A stretch of DNA of 53,074 nt from Patescibacteria group bacterium (GCA_004322205.1 SCSN01000002.1:1-53074), one strand, 5' to 3'; counted from the stretch's first letter, positions 35,565-45,589 are shown. Numbers and translations are program-made. Notes: generated by a model from the sequence alone, not told the origin.

Positions 35565-35734
35565 ATGAAGAACTCCTTTCTGTGTAGATTGATTTACCTT
35601 TAGGTTCTTTTTGTATTATATCATATTCAGTGTTTAATTGTCAAGAATTTCAAAAAGAGTCAATATACCTCTACAATCGTGGGGTTATATTGACGTCTGT
35701 TTTTAGCCACATTAGCTACAACCAAAAAACCCCG

Positions 35735-35769
35735 CCCTCTGTCAGAGGGCGGGGTTTTTCTATGTTCGA
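35735..35769. terminator. bidirectional rho-independent terminator
   Basis: aaaaaccccgccctctg-tca-gagggcggggttttt. Confidence 0.8.
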
Positions 35770-35799
35770 AACTCGTCATTCTTTCAATATTCGTTATTT

Positions 35800-36993
35800 C
35801 TATTTCAATTTCTTGAGATACGCCGCCAGTTCGGGGGTTGGCACTGTTTCCTGTTCTCGAGTATTCATGTCCCGAACGGTGACGGAGTCTTCGAGCGCTT
35901 CTTTTTGTCCGACAATGAGCAGGTGACTGACCTTCATATTCTCCGCTGAACCCATTTGGCTGGTGAGTTTGTCTTTGACCAGGGAATGAAAAACGGGAAT
36001 TTTCGCTCGGCGAAGCAGTTCAATGATATTGAGCGTTTTGAGCTTTGCGACAAAACCGATTTGCATGAGGTAAAAGCGCGGCGAGGGCCTCCGCGCCGGG
36101 CGCGCCGGCGCCCCCTTTGATCGGCAGACGATGTTTATCCCGAAGCAGGGGAGTTCCCGCTTTAGCCCGGCGCGTTTGGCAAGTCGGCTGTAGCGGCAAC
36201 CGCTGGCCAAGGCGATTTCCCCTCCGCCTTTGTCAGAAACGATTTCAAAAAGAACATGGGAGAGATATCGCGGATTGCCGACGAGATCAGGAGCAATCCG
36301 GTAGGAAAAGCCAAGTGCCTCAACATACTCCAACACTTCTTTGAAGTACTCCCGCGATTCGTCAGAGAGAAAGCTCATCGACTTGGGGACGGCTTCGCGC
36401 CACGGCTCGCTCCTTGACTCAGAGCCGCGCGGCAGCCCAAAGGGGTTATCTCTCACTAGGCGCCGCACCTCCGGTTGCATTTCGCTGAGATGTTTGCGGA
36501 TATAGGAGATAGTCGCGCGCTCAAAGTCGGTGATTGAATCTTTGTCGCCGATGGAATTAAGCCGCAGCTCTAGGTTCTCGTGTCCCTCGTCTTCAAGAAT
36601 GGAAGCGGCGGTGCGAATACCTATTGCTTCGGCGATCGGGCTTGCAATGCCAAAAATCTCGAGCCCGAATTCAAGGTAGCCAGCCCGTTTTGAATGCGTG
36701 CCGGGAATCGGTCTGTGGAAGGAAAAGAAAAGAGGATGCGGAAGTGAAGCGCAGTTGCGCTCCAGATATGCTCGCAACAGAGCGCTCTTTTCTGCGGCAC
36801 TTGCCGAGAGCCGCCCGGGCAGAGTTTCTTCTCCTACTGTTCGGGCGATAAGTTCGTCGCTTCGTTCAATTCGCGGCGGCTTCCACGGAGAAAAACCGAA
36901 GTAAGCCGCTACCAGCGAAGGATGATTAAGTCTGCTTAAGGCAGAGCTATTTGCCCGGGCGGACGTGTCTGATCTCACTCGCTTTCGTTTCAT
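35800..36993 (-). CDS. histidyl-tRNA synthetase-like class IIa protein with divergent catalytic motifs (HisS/HisZ-like)
   Basis: C-terminal HGPT anticodon-binding domain (HLLIVGQKEALEDSVTVRDMNTREQETV). Motif-3 region LVGNPRYLSHVLFEIVSDKGGGEIALASGCRYSRLAK is like RGLDYY..TVFE...G..GGGRYD. The motif-2 region FFSFHRPIPGTHSKRAGYLEF is degenerate relative to FRYERPQ.GR.REF. The start overlaps the lepB stop. Confidence 0.55.
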   Translation of the reverse strand: MKRKRVRSDTSARANSSALSRLNHPSLVAAYFGFSPWKPPRIERSDELIARTVGEETLPGRLSASAAEKSALLRAYLERNCASLPHPLFFSFHRPIPGTHSKRAGYLEFGLEIFGIASPIAEAIGIRTAASILEDEGHENLELRLNSIGDKDSITDFERATISYIRKHLSEMQPEVRRLVRDNPFGLPRGSESRSEPWREAVPKSMSFLSDESREYFKEVLEYVEALGFSYRIAPDLVGNPRYLSHVLFEIVSDKGGGEIALASGCRYSRLAKRAGLKRELPCFGINIVCRSKGAPARPARRPSPRFYLMQIGFVAKLKTLNIIELLRRAKIPVFHSLVKDKLTSQMGSAENMKVSHLLIVGQKEALEDSVTVRDMNTREQETVPTPELAAYLKKLK

Positions 36994-37601
36994 TGTTGCT
37001 CGCGTAAAGTTTTACTCCCGTCACCGGGCAGAAGTGCGATGCGAGTAAATGGGAATAGACGGATGATGGGACGCCCAACCACAAGACTCACAGGCAACGG
37101 TCCCCAGAGCCGCGAGTCGGCACTTCCCAAACGGTTGTCGCCGAGCACGAAGAATTCACTCTCCTCTAGAGTAACGGTAAAATTGTCGCGCTTAATAAAG
37201 CTCACATAAGGTTCCGAGATGGCAAATCCTTCCGGATGCTCGCTGTTTTTGATATATACCCTCCCGTTGCTTATTGTCACTGTTTCGCCGGGCAGGCCAA
37301 TAAGGCGTTTAATGAAGAATTTCTTTGGATCTTTGGGGAAACGGAAGATGAGCACTTCCCCGCGCTCTGGCGGCTCAAAGCGGTAAGTGAGCTGGTCGAC
37401 GATGAGATATTCGCCGTTATCAAAGGTTGGTTCCATCGAGGCGCCGTTTACCACAAACGGCTGGGCGATGAATAGGCGAAAGGGTACAACGACGACAAGA
37501 GCGACAATGAGGAGTTCGAGAAGCTCGCGGAAGAATCCTTTTTGTTTTTTCGGCTCGGGCTCTGAATTGCGAGAGATTTTTTCTTCCGACGAATCAATCA
37601 T
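36990..37601 (-). CDS. lepB: signal peptidase I
   Basis: S26 catalytic Ser box GASMEPTF, Lys box IKRLIGLPGE and the motif VLGDNRLGSADSRLWGPL. Confidence 0.9.
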   Translation of the reverse strand: MIDSSEEKISRNSEPEPKKQKGFFRELLELLIVALVVVVPFRLFIAQPFVVNGASMEPTFDNGEYLIVDQLTYRFEPPERGEVLIFRFPKDPKKFFIKRLIGLPGETVTISNGRVYIKNSEHPEGFAISEPYVSFIKRDNFTVTLEESEFFVLGDNRLGSADSRLWGPLPVSLVVGRPIIRLFPFTRIALLPGDGSKTLREQQ

Positions 37602-37836
37602 GGCCTAGGCATTGTATTATGAAAGATGCTTTTGACACAAGGGCTCGCTCGGGTTCTGGTTTAAAAGACATGAATAATTTTCTGCTGAAAATTTTCTCTG
37701 CTCGGCCCGACGGCCCTTGCAAGATCTTTTAAACCAGAACCTTCGCTCGCTGTAGCCTTCACTCGCATAGAAAACTTCCGCAATGTTTCTCAAGCACATC
37801 CCTCGTTCGCCGGCAAAAACAGGAATAATTTTTTTG

Positions 37837-37845
37837 TGTTACAAT
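37837..37845 (+). promoter_or_regulatory. extended -10 element TGTTACAAT overlapping the annotated pth start (possible leaderless transcript from the second ATG)
   Basis: TGnTACAAT at 37837-37845. The second ATG at 37853 gives the canonical Pth N-terminus MFIVVGLGNPG. No SD sequence lies upstream. Confidence 0.3.
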
Positions 37846-38440
37846 GGCCCGCATGTTTATTGTTGTCGGTTTAGGAAATCCGGGAGTGCAGTACGAAGGG
37901 ACGCGGCACAATACTGGACGGCTAGTCGTTGGTGCCTTTCTCAAGATGTTTGCCTTCCCCGAGTCCCTCTTTCAGAAGAAATATCAAGCACTTGCCGCAG
38001 AGGGGAAAGTTGGCAGGGAGAAAGTGCTGGTGCTTTTTCCGGAAACCTTCATGAATAAGTCCGGGGCAAGCGTTTCGACTATTGTTACCAGCAAAAAGAA
38101 AGCCGAGAGTCTTGTCGTTGTCCACGATGATCTGGATTTGCCATTAGGCAAAATAAAAATTTCTTTCAACCGCGGCAATGCCGGCCACCGCGGCGTGGCC
38201 TCAATTGTCAGAGCAATAAAGACAGAAGCTTTTGTCCGTATTCGCGTTGGCATAAGTCCCGCCACACCCTCCGGTAAACTTAAAAAACCGCAGGGCGATA
38301 GGGAAGTGGAGAGACACATTCTGGGAGAATTTAAACCAAGCGAGCTGGAGATGCTTAAAAAGGTTTCAAAGAAGGTAGCACAGGCGCTTGAGACGATTGT
38401 TCTTGAGGGAAGAGAAGGGGCGATGAATAAGTTCAACTAA
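37844..38440 (+). CDS. pth: peptidyl-tRNA hydrolase
   Basis: FIVVGLGNPGVQYEGTRHNTG, the catalytic His region, VVHDDLDLPLGKIK and GHRGVASI. The true start is probably the ATG at 37853. Confidence 0.9.
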   Translation: MARMFIVVGLGNPGVQYEGTRHNTGRLVVGAFLKMFAFPESLFQKKYQALAAEGKVGREKVLVLFPETFMNKSGASVSTIVTSKKKAESLVVVHDDLDLPLGKIKISFNRGNAGHRGVASIVRAIKTEAFVRIRVGISPATPSGKLKKPQGDREVERHILGEFKPSELEMLKKVSKKVAQALETIVLEGREGAMNKFN

Positions 38441-38442
38441 TT

Positions 38443-38778
38443 ATGAATTTCGAAAGCGAGCAGAAAGAATCAAACATAGAAATCATTCGCCGGGTGATTG
38501 CTGAATCTCCTCAAGAAGTTGAAAGGGAGTACAAAAATACTCCCAACACTTGGCTTGCCTGTGTGATTACCAGATTGCAGGCTATTGTTGCGCATTTGGA
38601 GTTCGCTGAAGAGGAAGGGGAGATTTCCGCGGAGGAAGCGCAGAAGTACAGAGCGCGCCGCAAATCTCTCACCGACTACATTCGCGAGCTTAAAGGAACG
38701 TATGTGAGGAAGGAGGATGAAGTGCCGGAGGAAATCAAGAGAGAAATTTTGCAGCGTCTGGATATCCTGCGGGAGTGA
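38443..38778 (+). CDS. hypothetical acidic coiled-coil protein
   Basis: 111-aa ORF tightly coupled to pth (2-nt gap). No family recognised. Confidence 0.45.
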   Translation: MNFESEQKESNIEIIRRVIAESPQEVEREYKNTPNTWLACVITRLQAIVAHLEFAEEEGEISAEEAQKYRARRKSLTDYIRELKGTYVRKEDEVPEEIKREILQRLDILRE

Positions 38779-39257
38779 AAAAGCTCCGCAGGCGAGCTGC
38801 GGAGCCAGATTCGTTTTCTCTCTTCTGTTATTCCTCCCACTACTCCGGCCATTCGCCGCGTTTGTATGCCACGACGGTCTCTTCCGCAATCCTGCTCACC
38901 GCTTTCCACTCCGGAACGTGCTTGGGGAGCTCTACGCACATTCCCGGCGAGAGAAGGAGGTGGAATCCGGCCACCCTCTTCATGCAAGAGGGGAGAGATG
39001 AGACCGCCGTAGATGAGCTCTTTGAGGATTCTGACGAGTTCGAGGCATGAACCGGTTGCGGTGTTCAGGTAATAAAATGGAGTCCCCGCTTCCGAGAGGT
39101 CAAGACGAGCAACAAATCCTCTGAAGATTCTGTCGAGCCTAGAGAGAACAATGTGGTCGTGTCCTCTGTTGCGAAAACACACCAAGAGAGCCAGGACAAT
39201 GTCTTCCTGTCTCTGCTCAATAGTGCGCGGGGTTCTCTGCTCGGTTGACCCAGCCAT
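38676..39257 (-). CDS. hypothetical protein (N-terminal ~100 aa plausible; C-terminal Arg-rich half doubtful)
   Basis: GC-rich ORF. The N-terminal part (TIEQRQEDIVLALLVCFRNRGHDHIVLSRLDRIFRGFVARLDL...) looks protein-like. The 3' half overlaps the + strand ORF at 38443-38778 and is low-complexity. Confidence 0.3.
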   Translation of the reverse strand: MAGSTEQRTPRTIEQRQEDIVLALLVCFRNRGHDHIVLSRLDRIFRGFVARLDLSEAGTPFYYLNTATGSCLELVRILKELIYGGLISPLLHEEGGRIPPPSLAGNVRRAPQARSGVESGEQDCGRDRRGIQTRRMAGVVGGITEERKRIWLRSSPAELFHSRRISRRCKISLLISSGTSSSFLTYVPLSSRM

Positions 39258-39361
39258 AATATCCTCCGATGGAATGAGTGATTTCCAAGAAGAACCTTCC
39301 TTTGGTCAGTCTATATTTTTTTTGTTTCTTTGCAACCAAGACCTCACTCCAATGCCTCGTT

Positions 39362-40510
39362 TCATTTTTTGTTTGCCTCTGTATAAGAGAGCGCCATCTT
39401 CTGCTCCTTGGGGTCAAAGAGAGTAATTTGAAAGTCGTAGGTTTTGCCGAGTTCAAGCACCTCTCGCAGCTTCTCTTCGCTGCCAAATTCGGAGATGTGC
39501 ACCAATCCTGCCACACCTTCTTCAATTGAAGCCAGAGCGCCGTGCTTGTTGAACTTGATGATTACCCCTTTCACTACATCGTCTTTCTTGTATTTTTTCG
39601 TTGCCTCAATCCAGGGATTTTCCTTGAGAGCTTTGATGGAGAGAGAAATTTTTCCGTCCTTGATATCGATGACTTTCACTCTGACCTTGTCGCCGACTTT
39701 GTATAGGGCGCGCGGGTTTTCCACCAATCCCCAGTCCATCTCCGAGATGTGCACCAGTCCTTCTAGTCCCTCTTCAATTTTCACGAAGACGCCGAAGTCT
39801 ACGATACCCGTCACTTCACCCGTCAGTTCGTCGCCGAGCGTATATTTATCGATAATTTCCGTTTTGTCTTTCTGGTCGTGATCTTTTTCGGAGAAGATAA
39901 GTTTTCCTTCTTTTGGTGAGGCGGTGATTATGGAAACGGCGAGCTTGCTCCCCACCAGCTTGCGAAGTTCCTCGAGAATTTTATCCTTGTCGGCGTCGGG
40001 GACTCGCGGGTAGTGATTGGGCTTAAGCTGGGAGGCGGGCAAGAAACCCCCAATACCCTGCCAGAGAAGAATGAGCCCTCCTTTGTTGGCGTCAGAGACG
40101 GTCAGTTCATAAATACGCTTTTCTCTAATAGCGTCATCCGCTTCGCTCCAGATGAGCGCCTGCCGCGCTTCTTTGAGGGAGATTTCAATGTAGCCGTCTG
40201 GGTTTTCCAGGGAAACAACCTTGCCGGCGACTGTGTCGCCGGCGTTGATTTTCTTTATGATGTCGCGGGCGGCAAGAAACTCCCGTCCGTAGATGATGCC
40301 GGTGCCAAAGGGCGGCAAGTCAATATAGACCGCGGACTTGTCAATGCCGATGACCCTTCCCTCAACCAGTTCGTCAGCCGATGGGGGGGTTGGCGTCTCT
40401 GCCGCGAGCTTCCCCATCGGACTCTCTTTTTTCGTTGATTTTTCTTTTTCCGCTGTTTCTTTTTCTTTCTCTTCGTTTTTGAGAGCTGTTTGGTCTTTTA
40501 TTTCATCCAT
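39362..40510 (-). CDS. rpsA: 30S ribosomal protein S1 (four S1 domains)
   Basis: Repeated S1 OB-fold motifs (GDTVAGKVVSL..., GDELTGEVTGIVDFGVFVKI..., GLVHISEM...VGDKVRVKVIDIKDGKISLSIK, GVIIKFNKHGALASIEEGVAGLVHISE). Confidence 0.85.
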   Translation of the reverse strand: MDEIKDQTALKNEEKEKETAEKEKSTKKESPMGKLAAETPTPPSADELVEGRVIGIDKSAVYIDLPPFGTGIIYGREFLAARDIIKKINAGDTVAGKVVSLENPDGYIEISLKEARQALIWSEADDAIREKRIYELTVSDANKGGLILLWQGIGGFLPASQLKPNHYPRVPDADKDKILEELRKLVGSKLAVSIITASPKEGKLIFSEKDHDQKDKTEIIDKYTLGDELTGEVTGIVDFGVFVKIEEGLEGLVHISEMDWGLVENPRALYKVGDKVRVKVIDIKDGKISLSIKALKENPWIEATKKYKKDDVVKGVIIKFNKHGALASIEEGVAGLVHISEFGSEEKLREVLELGKTYDFQITLFDPKEQKMALSYTEANKK

Positions 40511-40861
40511 ATACGCCTGCGCCCGCTTTCCTGTCGTGCCTGTGCCGTCTTTCTCTGACAGGAGGTTATGAAAGCGCCGATAAAGGTCCTTGCGAAAACA
40601 AGGTGGCAGTATTCTATACGATATAAGTTCTCTTGTCTATCCGGATATGGCGAATGAGTATTTGTCGAGAAAATGAGTATTTGCCGAGAATGAGAATAAT
40701 AAATGAGAATGATAAGATAAGAGAATAACGAGAGTACGTTAAAATTAGCCGACCGTCGCATTTTAACGTAGTGGCGGGAGGGGATTTGCCGAAAGGGATA
40801 CTGTCAGAACGGAAAGAAACGAAAGCGGAATGTAACGAAAAGACCGGAGGGTGATCCGGTC

Positions 40862-41260
40862 CTAGACCTCTTTGTAATCGAGGTTATTTGTTATACAGTA
40901 GAGCGCGCTTCCGAATGGTCCGGCGTGGCGCAGAAGACTGGCGCCGTAGCGCGAGCGAGTGTTTCCGGTGTAGTAGAGCACCACAAATTGACCGCGCTGA
41001 ACCGGAAGATCGTGGGTGCCATAAAACCGCATCGTCCGGCCTCCCGTGAATGAAATGTCCGTGACCACGATCTGCTTTTTCGTTGTCTCCCCGGGAGAGT
41101 TGTGAGACTCTTGGCGCGCTGTGATCACGGTGTCAACTTTGATGACGACGGTGTCCACAGCTCCGCAGGCAACCCGGGGTATGATGGCAACCGAAGGTCG
41201 TCTGGCGTCCGCCACAAGCACAAAAACGATGCCAATCGGCAGAAGCAGCCACTTCGGCAT
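40862..41260 (-). CDS. secreted hypothetical protein
   Basis: Signal peptide MPKWLLLPIGIVFVLVADA. 132 aa with no recognised domain. Confidence 0.45.
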   Translation of the reverse strand: MPKWLLLPIGIVFVLVADARRPSVAIIPRVACGAVDTVVIKVDTVITARQESHNSPGETTKKQIVVTDISFTGGRTMRFYGTHDLPVQRGQFVVLYYTGNTRSRYGASLLRHAGPFGSALYCITNNLDYKEV

Positions 41261-41360
41261 ATTTACGCTCCTTTGAGTGAGGAACAGTCTAGCCTCTAAA
41301 AAGCACAGTCCTGTACAACCGTCAAGTGACGAAATATCTTATTTATGCTATAATTAGAAT

Positions 41361-42002
41361 ATGGTTATCACTTACCACGGCGTAGAATCTTTCAAAATTC
41401 AGTTCGGCGAGACGGTGATTGCTTACAACCCGATCTCCAAATCATCCGAATTTAAAAGAGCCAACTACGGCGCCGATATTGTAATGGTTTCCTTGAACCA
41501 TCCCGATATGAATGGCGTCGAGAACGCTTCTCGCGGGGATAAGGCGCCGTTTGTAGTTAGTGGCCCCGGCGAGTACGAACTCGGCGGCATTACCATCCGC
41601 GGCTTTCTCTCAAAGTCTAGCTACGGCGGCGTGGAGCGGATCAATACTATTTATCTGCTTTCTATGGAGGGTATGAATCTCTGCTTTCTCGGCGCTCTTG
41701 CTTCACCCGAAAGTCTCTCTCTCGAGACGAAGGAAACCATTGACGGCATTGATGTTCTGTTTATCCCCATCGGCGGCAGTGGTGTTCTTAACCCTGAACA
41801 AGCCTATAAGCTTGCCGTCAACCTTGAGCCGGCACTCTCGATTCCTATGCACTACGGCGAGGGGCTAAACGAGACGGCCCTGCGGACCTTCCTCAAGGAG
41901 GGAGGTGAGGAAAAGATCGAACGGGAGGAGAAACTCACTCTGAAGAAAAAAGATCTGGAGGGGAAAGAAGGTGAGATTATTGTCTTGCAAGCGGCGCTGT
42001 GA
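41361..42002 (+). CDS. MBL-fold (Lactamase_B_3-like) putative metal-dependent hydrolase, degenerate motifs
   Basis: An N-terminal ITYHGVESFKIQFGETVIAYNP beta-strand pattern and a late IPMHYGE motif are typical of the UPF0173/MBL fold. The canonical HxHxDH motif is not intact. Confidence 0.5.
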   Translation: MVITYHGVESFKIQFGETVIAYNPISKSSEFKRANYGADIVMVSLNHPDMNGVENASRGDKAPFVVSGPGEYELGGITIRGFLSKSSYGGVERINTIYLLSMEGMNLCFLGALASPESLSLETKETIDGIDVLFIPIGGSGVLNPEQAYKLAVNLEPALSIPMHYGEGLNETALRTFLKEGGEEKIEREEKLTLKKKDLEGKEGEIIVLQAAL

Positions 42003-42014
42003 AATACTAAATAC

Positions 42015-42338
42015 ATGTTTGAGACTATAGCGCGATGGCGGCAGAAGCCGGAGGGGGCACGGCGGCGGATTGCCTTCGGTCTTTCGGCGATTGTCACGGC
42101 TCTAATTTTTCTTGTTTGGGTTTCGGTGATTTTCCCCGGGAGCCGGACTCAAGTGGTGACGGCAAAACCCGCCGGGGAGACCCCCATAGCTACCCTTAGG
42201 AGCGGGGTGGCGCAAGCCTACGAGGCGCTGCGCGGCATCTTCTCTGAAACAAAGTCGCTCGATCTTGAGTCCGAGTACAATCGCATCCGGTCGCAAGTGG
42301 AAAGCGGTGAAATCAAGTTAGTGCCCGGTAGCGAGTAA
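42015..42338 (+). CDS. small single-TM membrane protein (hypothetical)
   Basis: 107 aa with TM helix AFGLSAIVTALIFLVWVSVIF. Confidence 0.4.
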   Translation: MFETIARWRQKPEGARRRIAFGLSAIVTALIFLVWVSVIFPGSRTQVVTAKPAGETPIATLRSGVAQAYEALRGIFSETKSLDLESEYNRIRSQVESGEIKLVPGSE

Positions 42339-42413
42339 TCAGTAGGTAGTGGAGAGTGTAGAAAATGACATTTCTCGTTACTAACTGCTACTGACTACTC
42401 GTTATTTGCCTTT

Positions 42414-44882
42414 ATGGCTAGAGAGAAAAGTAAAAAAGAAGAGAGCGGATCAAGCGCGCGCGCGGCTGTTTTACCGCGCAACATTGTTTCTGAAATGAAG
42501 GAGTCTTATTTGGACTACGCCATGTCGGTCATTACCGCGCGCGCTCTGCCTGACGTTCGCGACGGTCTCAAGCCCGTTCACCGTCGGATTCTTTTCGCTA
42601 TGCAGCAGATGGGACTGACGCAAGCAGCCAAGTTCCGCAAGTCTGCGACTGTGGTCGGAGAAGTCTTGGGAAGTTATCACCCGCACGGCGACGCCTCTGT
42701 TTATGACGCTTTGGTGAAGCTCGCTCAAGATTTTGCCACTCGCTATCCGCTGGTACTCGGGCAAGGAAACTTCGGCTCAATTGACGGCGATGCGCCCGCG
42801 GCCTATCGCTATACCGAAGCGAAAATGTCGCGGCTGGCGGGCGAGCTGCTTGCCGACATTGAAAAAGAGACAGTTGACTTTCGTCCCAATTACGACGGCA
42901 CCAAAGCGGAGCCGACTGTTCTTCCCGCCATCGCTCCCAATCTGCTCTTAAACGGCACTCTCGGCATTGCTGTCGGAATGGCGACAAACATCCCGCCTCA
43001 CAACCTCTCCGAAGTGGCAGATGCGGCCTCATACTTGGTTGATCATCCCGAAGCTACAACCGAAGATTTGCTCCAATTCATCAAGGGACCCGACTTTCCG
43101 ACTGGCGGCGTTATTTTCGGCGAGAAAGATTTGCATCACGCCTACGCCACCGGGCGCGGCGGGGTGGTGGTCCGGGGCGTTGCCGATATTACCGAGACCA
43201 AAGCGGGCAGTTTCCAAATTGTCATAAGCCAGATCCCTTTTCGCGTCAACAAAGCCGACCTCATTGAGAAAATCGCCGGGCTCGTCCGGGAGAAGCGGCT
43301 CGAGGGCGTCAAGGCGCTCCGCGACGAGTCAACCAAGGATATCCGCGTAGTCATTGAACTCAAGGCGGGCAGCCAGCCGCAAAAGATCCTCAACTTCCTC
43401 TACAAACACACCCAGCTGGAGGATGCTTTCCATTTCAACTTGGTGGCGTTGGTGGATGGCGTGCCGCAAACTCTTTCCCTCAAAAATATCATTGAAGAAT
43501 TTGTCAGTCATCGCCGCCGGGTTATCCGCCGGCGAACCGAATTTGATTTGGCGCGGTCAGAGGAACGCGAGCATATTCTTTTTGGCTTGAAGAAAGCTCT
43601 CGACCACATCGACCGCATTATTAAACTAATCAAAGGATCAAGGACCGTCCTCGAGGCTCACGCCGGGCTTCAGAGGGAATTTAAATTCTCTGACAAACAG
43701 GCAACCGCAATTCTCGAGATGAAGCTCCAAAAGCTCGCCGGGCTCGAGCGACAAAAAATCGAGGACGAGCTTCGCCAAGTTCAGGCGCTTATTGCCGAAC
43801 TCCGGGGCATTCTCGAAAACCCCAAGAAGATCTCCGCTATCATCAAAAAAGAGATGGCAGAGCTCGAGGAGCGCTACGGCGATGAGCGTTGCACCAAAAT
43901 CGTCAAGCATGCCGCCAAGTCATTTTCCGCAGAAGATCTCATCCCCGAAGAAGAAAACGCTCTGGTGCTCACGGCCGGCGGATACATCAAGCGCACCAAT
44001 CCGGACGAGTACCGTCGCCAGCGCCGCGGCGGAGTGGGGGTGGTAGATTTAGATACTAAAGAGGAAGATTTCGTCACTCATTTTCTGACCGCCTCGACTC
44101 ACAGTGACCTCTTGTTTTTTACCGATCGCGGCAAGGTTTATCAGATTAAAATGTACGAAATTCCGGAAGGCAAGCGAGCCACCCGCGGCAAGTCTGTCAT
44201 GAACTTTATTTCTCTCGGGAGCGAAGAGAAGATCACTTCCATTCTGCCCGTACCCAAGGAGGCAGGGGGCAATGAAAGTCTTTCTCTCATGATGGTTACG
44301 CGCTGTGGTAGCGGCAAAAAAGTTTCGGCGCAGGCTTTTCGAGATGTTCGCGGAAGCGGCATTATTGCCATCAAATTGCCTGCCGATGACCTTCTAATTT
44401 CCGTCTCACTTGCTGACAGAGGAGATACTATTGCCGTGGTTTCTGCCAAGGGTCAGTCTATTCGCTTTAAGGAATCCGACGTCCGCGAAATGGGACGAGG
44501 TGCCGCCGGCGTGCGAGTCATGAAGCTCGGCAAGGGAGACAGGGTGATTGGGGCGCAGGTTGTAAAAAAGGGTGCTCTCGACGCCAAACTTATGGTGGTA
44601 AGCGAGCTCGGCTTCGGTAAGAAAACCGCTCTCAAGGAATACAAGATCCAGCGCCGCGGCGGCTCCGGCGTCAAAACTGCCAAAGTTACCGCCAAGACGG
44701 GCAGTCTCATCTCTTCGGCAATCATTGACGAAGGGACTGAAGAAGTTGTCGCTATTTCGCAGAAAAGCCATGTTATCCGCACTGGCATTGGCGAAATTCC
44801 GAATCTCGGACGGCAGACTCAAGGGGTTCGGATTATGAGGCTGCGCCAAGGTGACAGATTGGCATCGCTTATTTGCCTTTGA
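42414..44882 (+). CDS. gyrA: DNA gyrase subunit A
   Basis: [22 protein letters not shown], the catalytic Tyr region [11 protein letters not shown], a GyrA box-like beta-pinwheel C-terminal domain and the QRRGG(S/V)G repeats. Confidence 0.95.
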   Translation: MAREKSKKEESGSSARAAVLPRNIVSEMKESYLDYAMSVITARALPDVRDGLKPVHRRILFAMQQMGLTQAAKFRKSATVVGEVLGSYHPHGDASVYDALVKLAQDFATRYPLVLGQGNFGSIDGDAPAAYRYTEAKMSRLAGELLADIEKETVDFRPNYDGTKAEPTVLPAIAPNLLLNGTLGIAVGMATNIPPHNLSEVADAASYLVDHPEATTEDLLQFIKGPDFPTGGVIFGEKDLHHAYATGRGGVVVRGVADITETKAGSFQIVISQIPFRVNKADLIEKIAGLVREKRLEGVKALRDESTKDIRVVIELKAGSQPQKILNFLYKHTQLEDAFHFNLVALVDGVPQTLSLKNIIEEFVSHRRRVIRRRTEFDLARSEEREHILFGLKKALDHIDRIIKLIKGSRTVLEAHAGLQREFKFSDKQATAILEMKLQKLAGLERQKIEDELRQVQALIAELRGILENPKKISAIIKKEMAELEERYGDERCTKIVKHAAKSFSAEDLIPEEENALVLTAGGYIKRTNPDEYRRQRRGGVGVVDLDTKEEDFVTHFLTASTHSDLLFFTDRGKVYQIKMYEIPEGKRATRGKSVMNFISLGSEEKITSILPVPKEAGGNESLSLMMVTRCGSGKKVSAQAFRDVRGSGIIAIKLPADDLLISVSLADRGDTIAVVSAKGQSIRFKESDVREMGRGAAGVRVMKLGKGDRVIGAQVVKKGALDAKLMVVSELGFGKKTALKEYKIQRRGGSGVKTAKVTAKTGSLISSAIIDEGTEEVVAISQKSHVIRTGIGEIPNLGRQTQGVRIMRLRQGDRLASLICL

Positions 44883-45061
44883 ATAAGGAGTCCCGCAGAG
44901 CGGGACGACTATATTCAAAGAGCACCCAGCACTTACTGTGGTATTATTTACTCACAGGTAGTGTAACAGGTGTGTTTATGTAATCTGTCTTTATGTTGAG
45001 TCCTTTGAGGTAGGTGCTGGGTGAAAGTTTTTATACTCGCTACACTCGTTAAAAACTATTC

Positions 45062-45589
45062 ATGTTCACTGATCCGATTAAAAACGTAGAGCAATTTGGA
45101 CTTCAGAGCGGTATGAGAGTGGCTGATTTGGGAGCGGGCTCGGGGTTTTATGCCAAAGCCGCCGCTCGAGCGGTGGGAAGCGCCGGTAGAGTCTATGCAG
45201 TCGATATTCAAAAAGAGCTTCTCACCAAGATCAAGACTGAGGCGGCGGGAGAGAAGCTTTTTAACATTGAAGTCATTTGGGGAGATATTGAGAAGCCGCT
45301 CGGCACCTCACTCCGAGACGGGGCGCTTGATGCCGTTATTCTTTCAAACATTCTCTTCCAGCTGCGAGGTAAAAGCGAGATGGCGGATGAAGTCAAGCGA
45401 ATCCTCAAACCTGGCGGCAGAGTACTTGTTGTCGACTGGACTGACTCTTTCGGCGGTTTGGGTCCCCAACCAGGAGACATTGTCTCCAGAGATTCTGTCA
45501 AAGAGCTCTTTGAGCCGCGCGGCTTCGTTGTTGAAAAAGAGATTCAAGCCGGCGCGCATCACTTCGGCTTAATTCTTAAGAAAGCGTAA
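45062..45589 (+). CDS. class I SAM-dependent methyltransferase
   Basis: Motif I VADLGAGSGFYA, a motif post-I acidic residue (YAVDIQ) and motif III LKPGGRVLVVDW. Confidence 0.8.
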   Translation: MFTDPIKNVEQFGLQSGMRVADLGAGSGFYAKAAARAVGSAGRVYAVDIQKELLTKIKTEAAGEKLFNIEVIWGDIEKPLGTSLRDGALDAVILSNILFQLRGKSEMADEVKRILKPGGRVLVVDWTDSFGGLGPQPGDIVSRDSVKELFEPRGFVVEKEIQAGAHHFGLILKKA

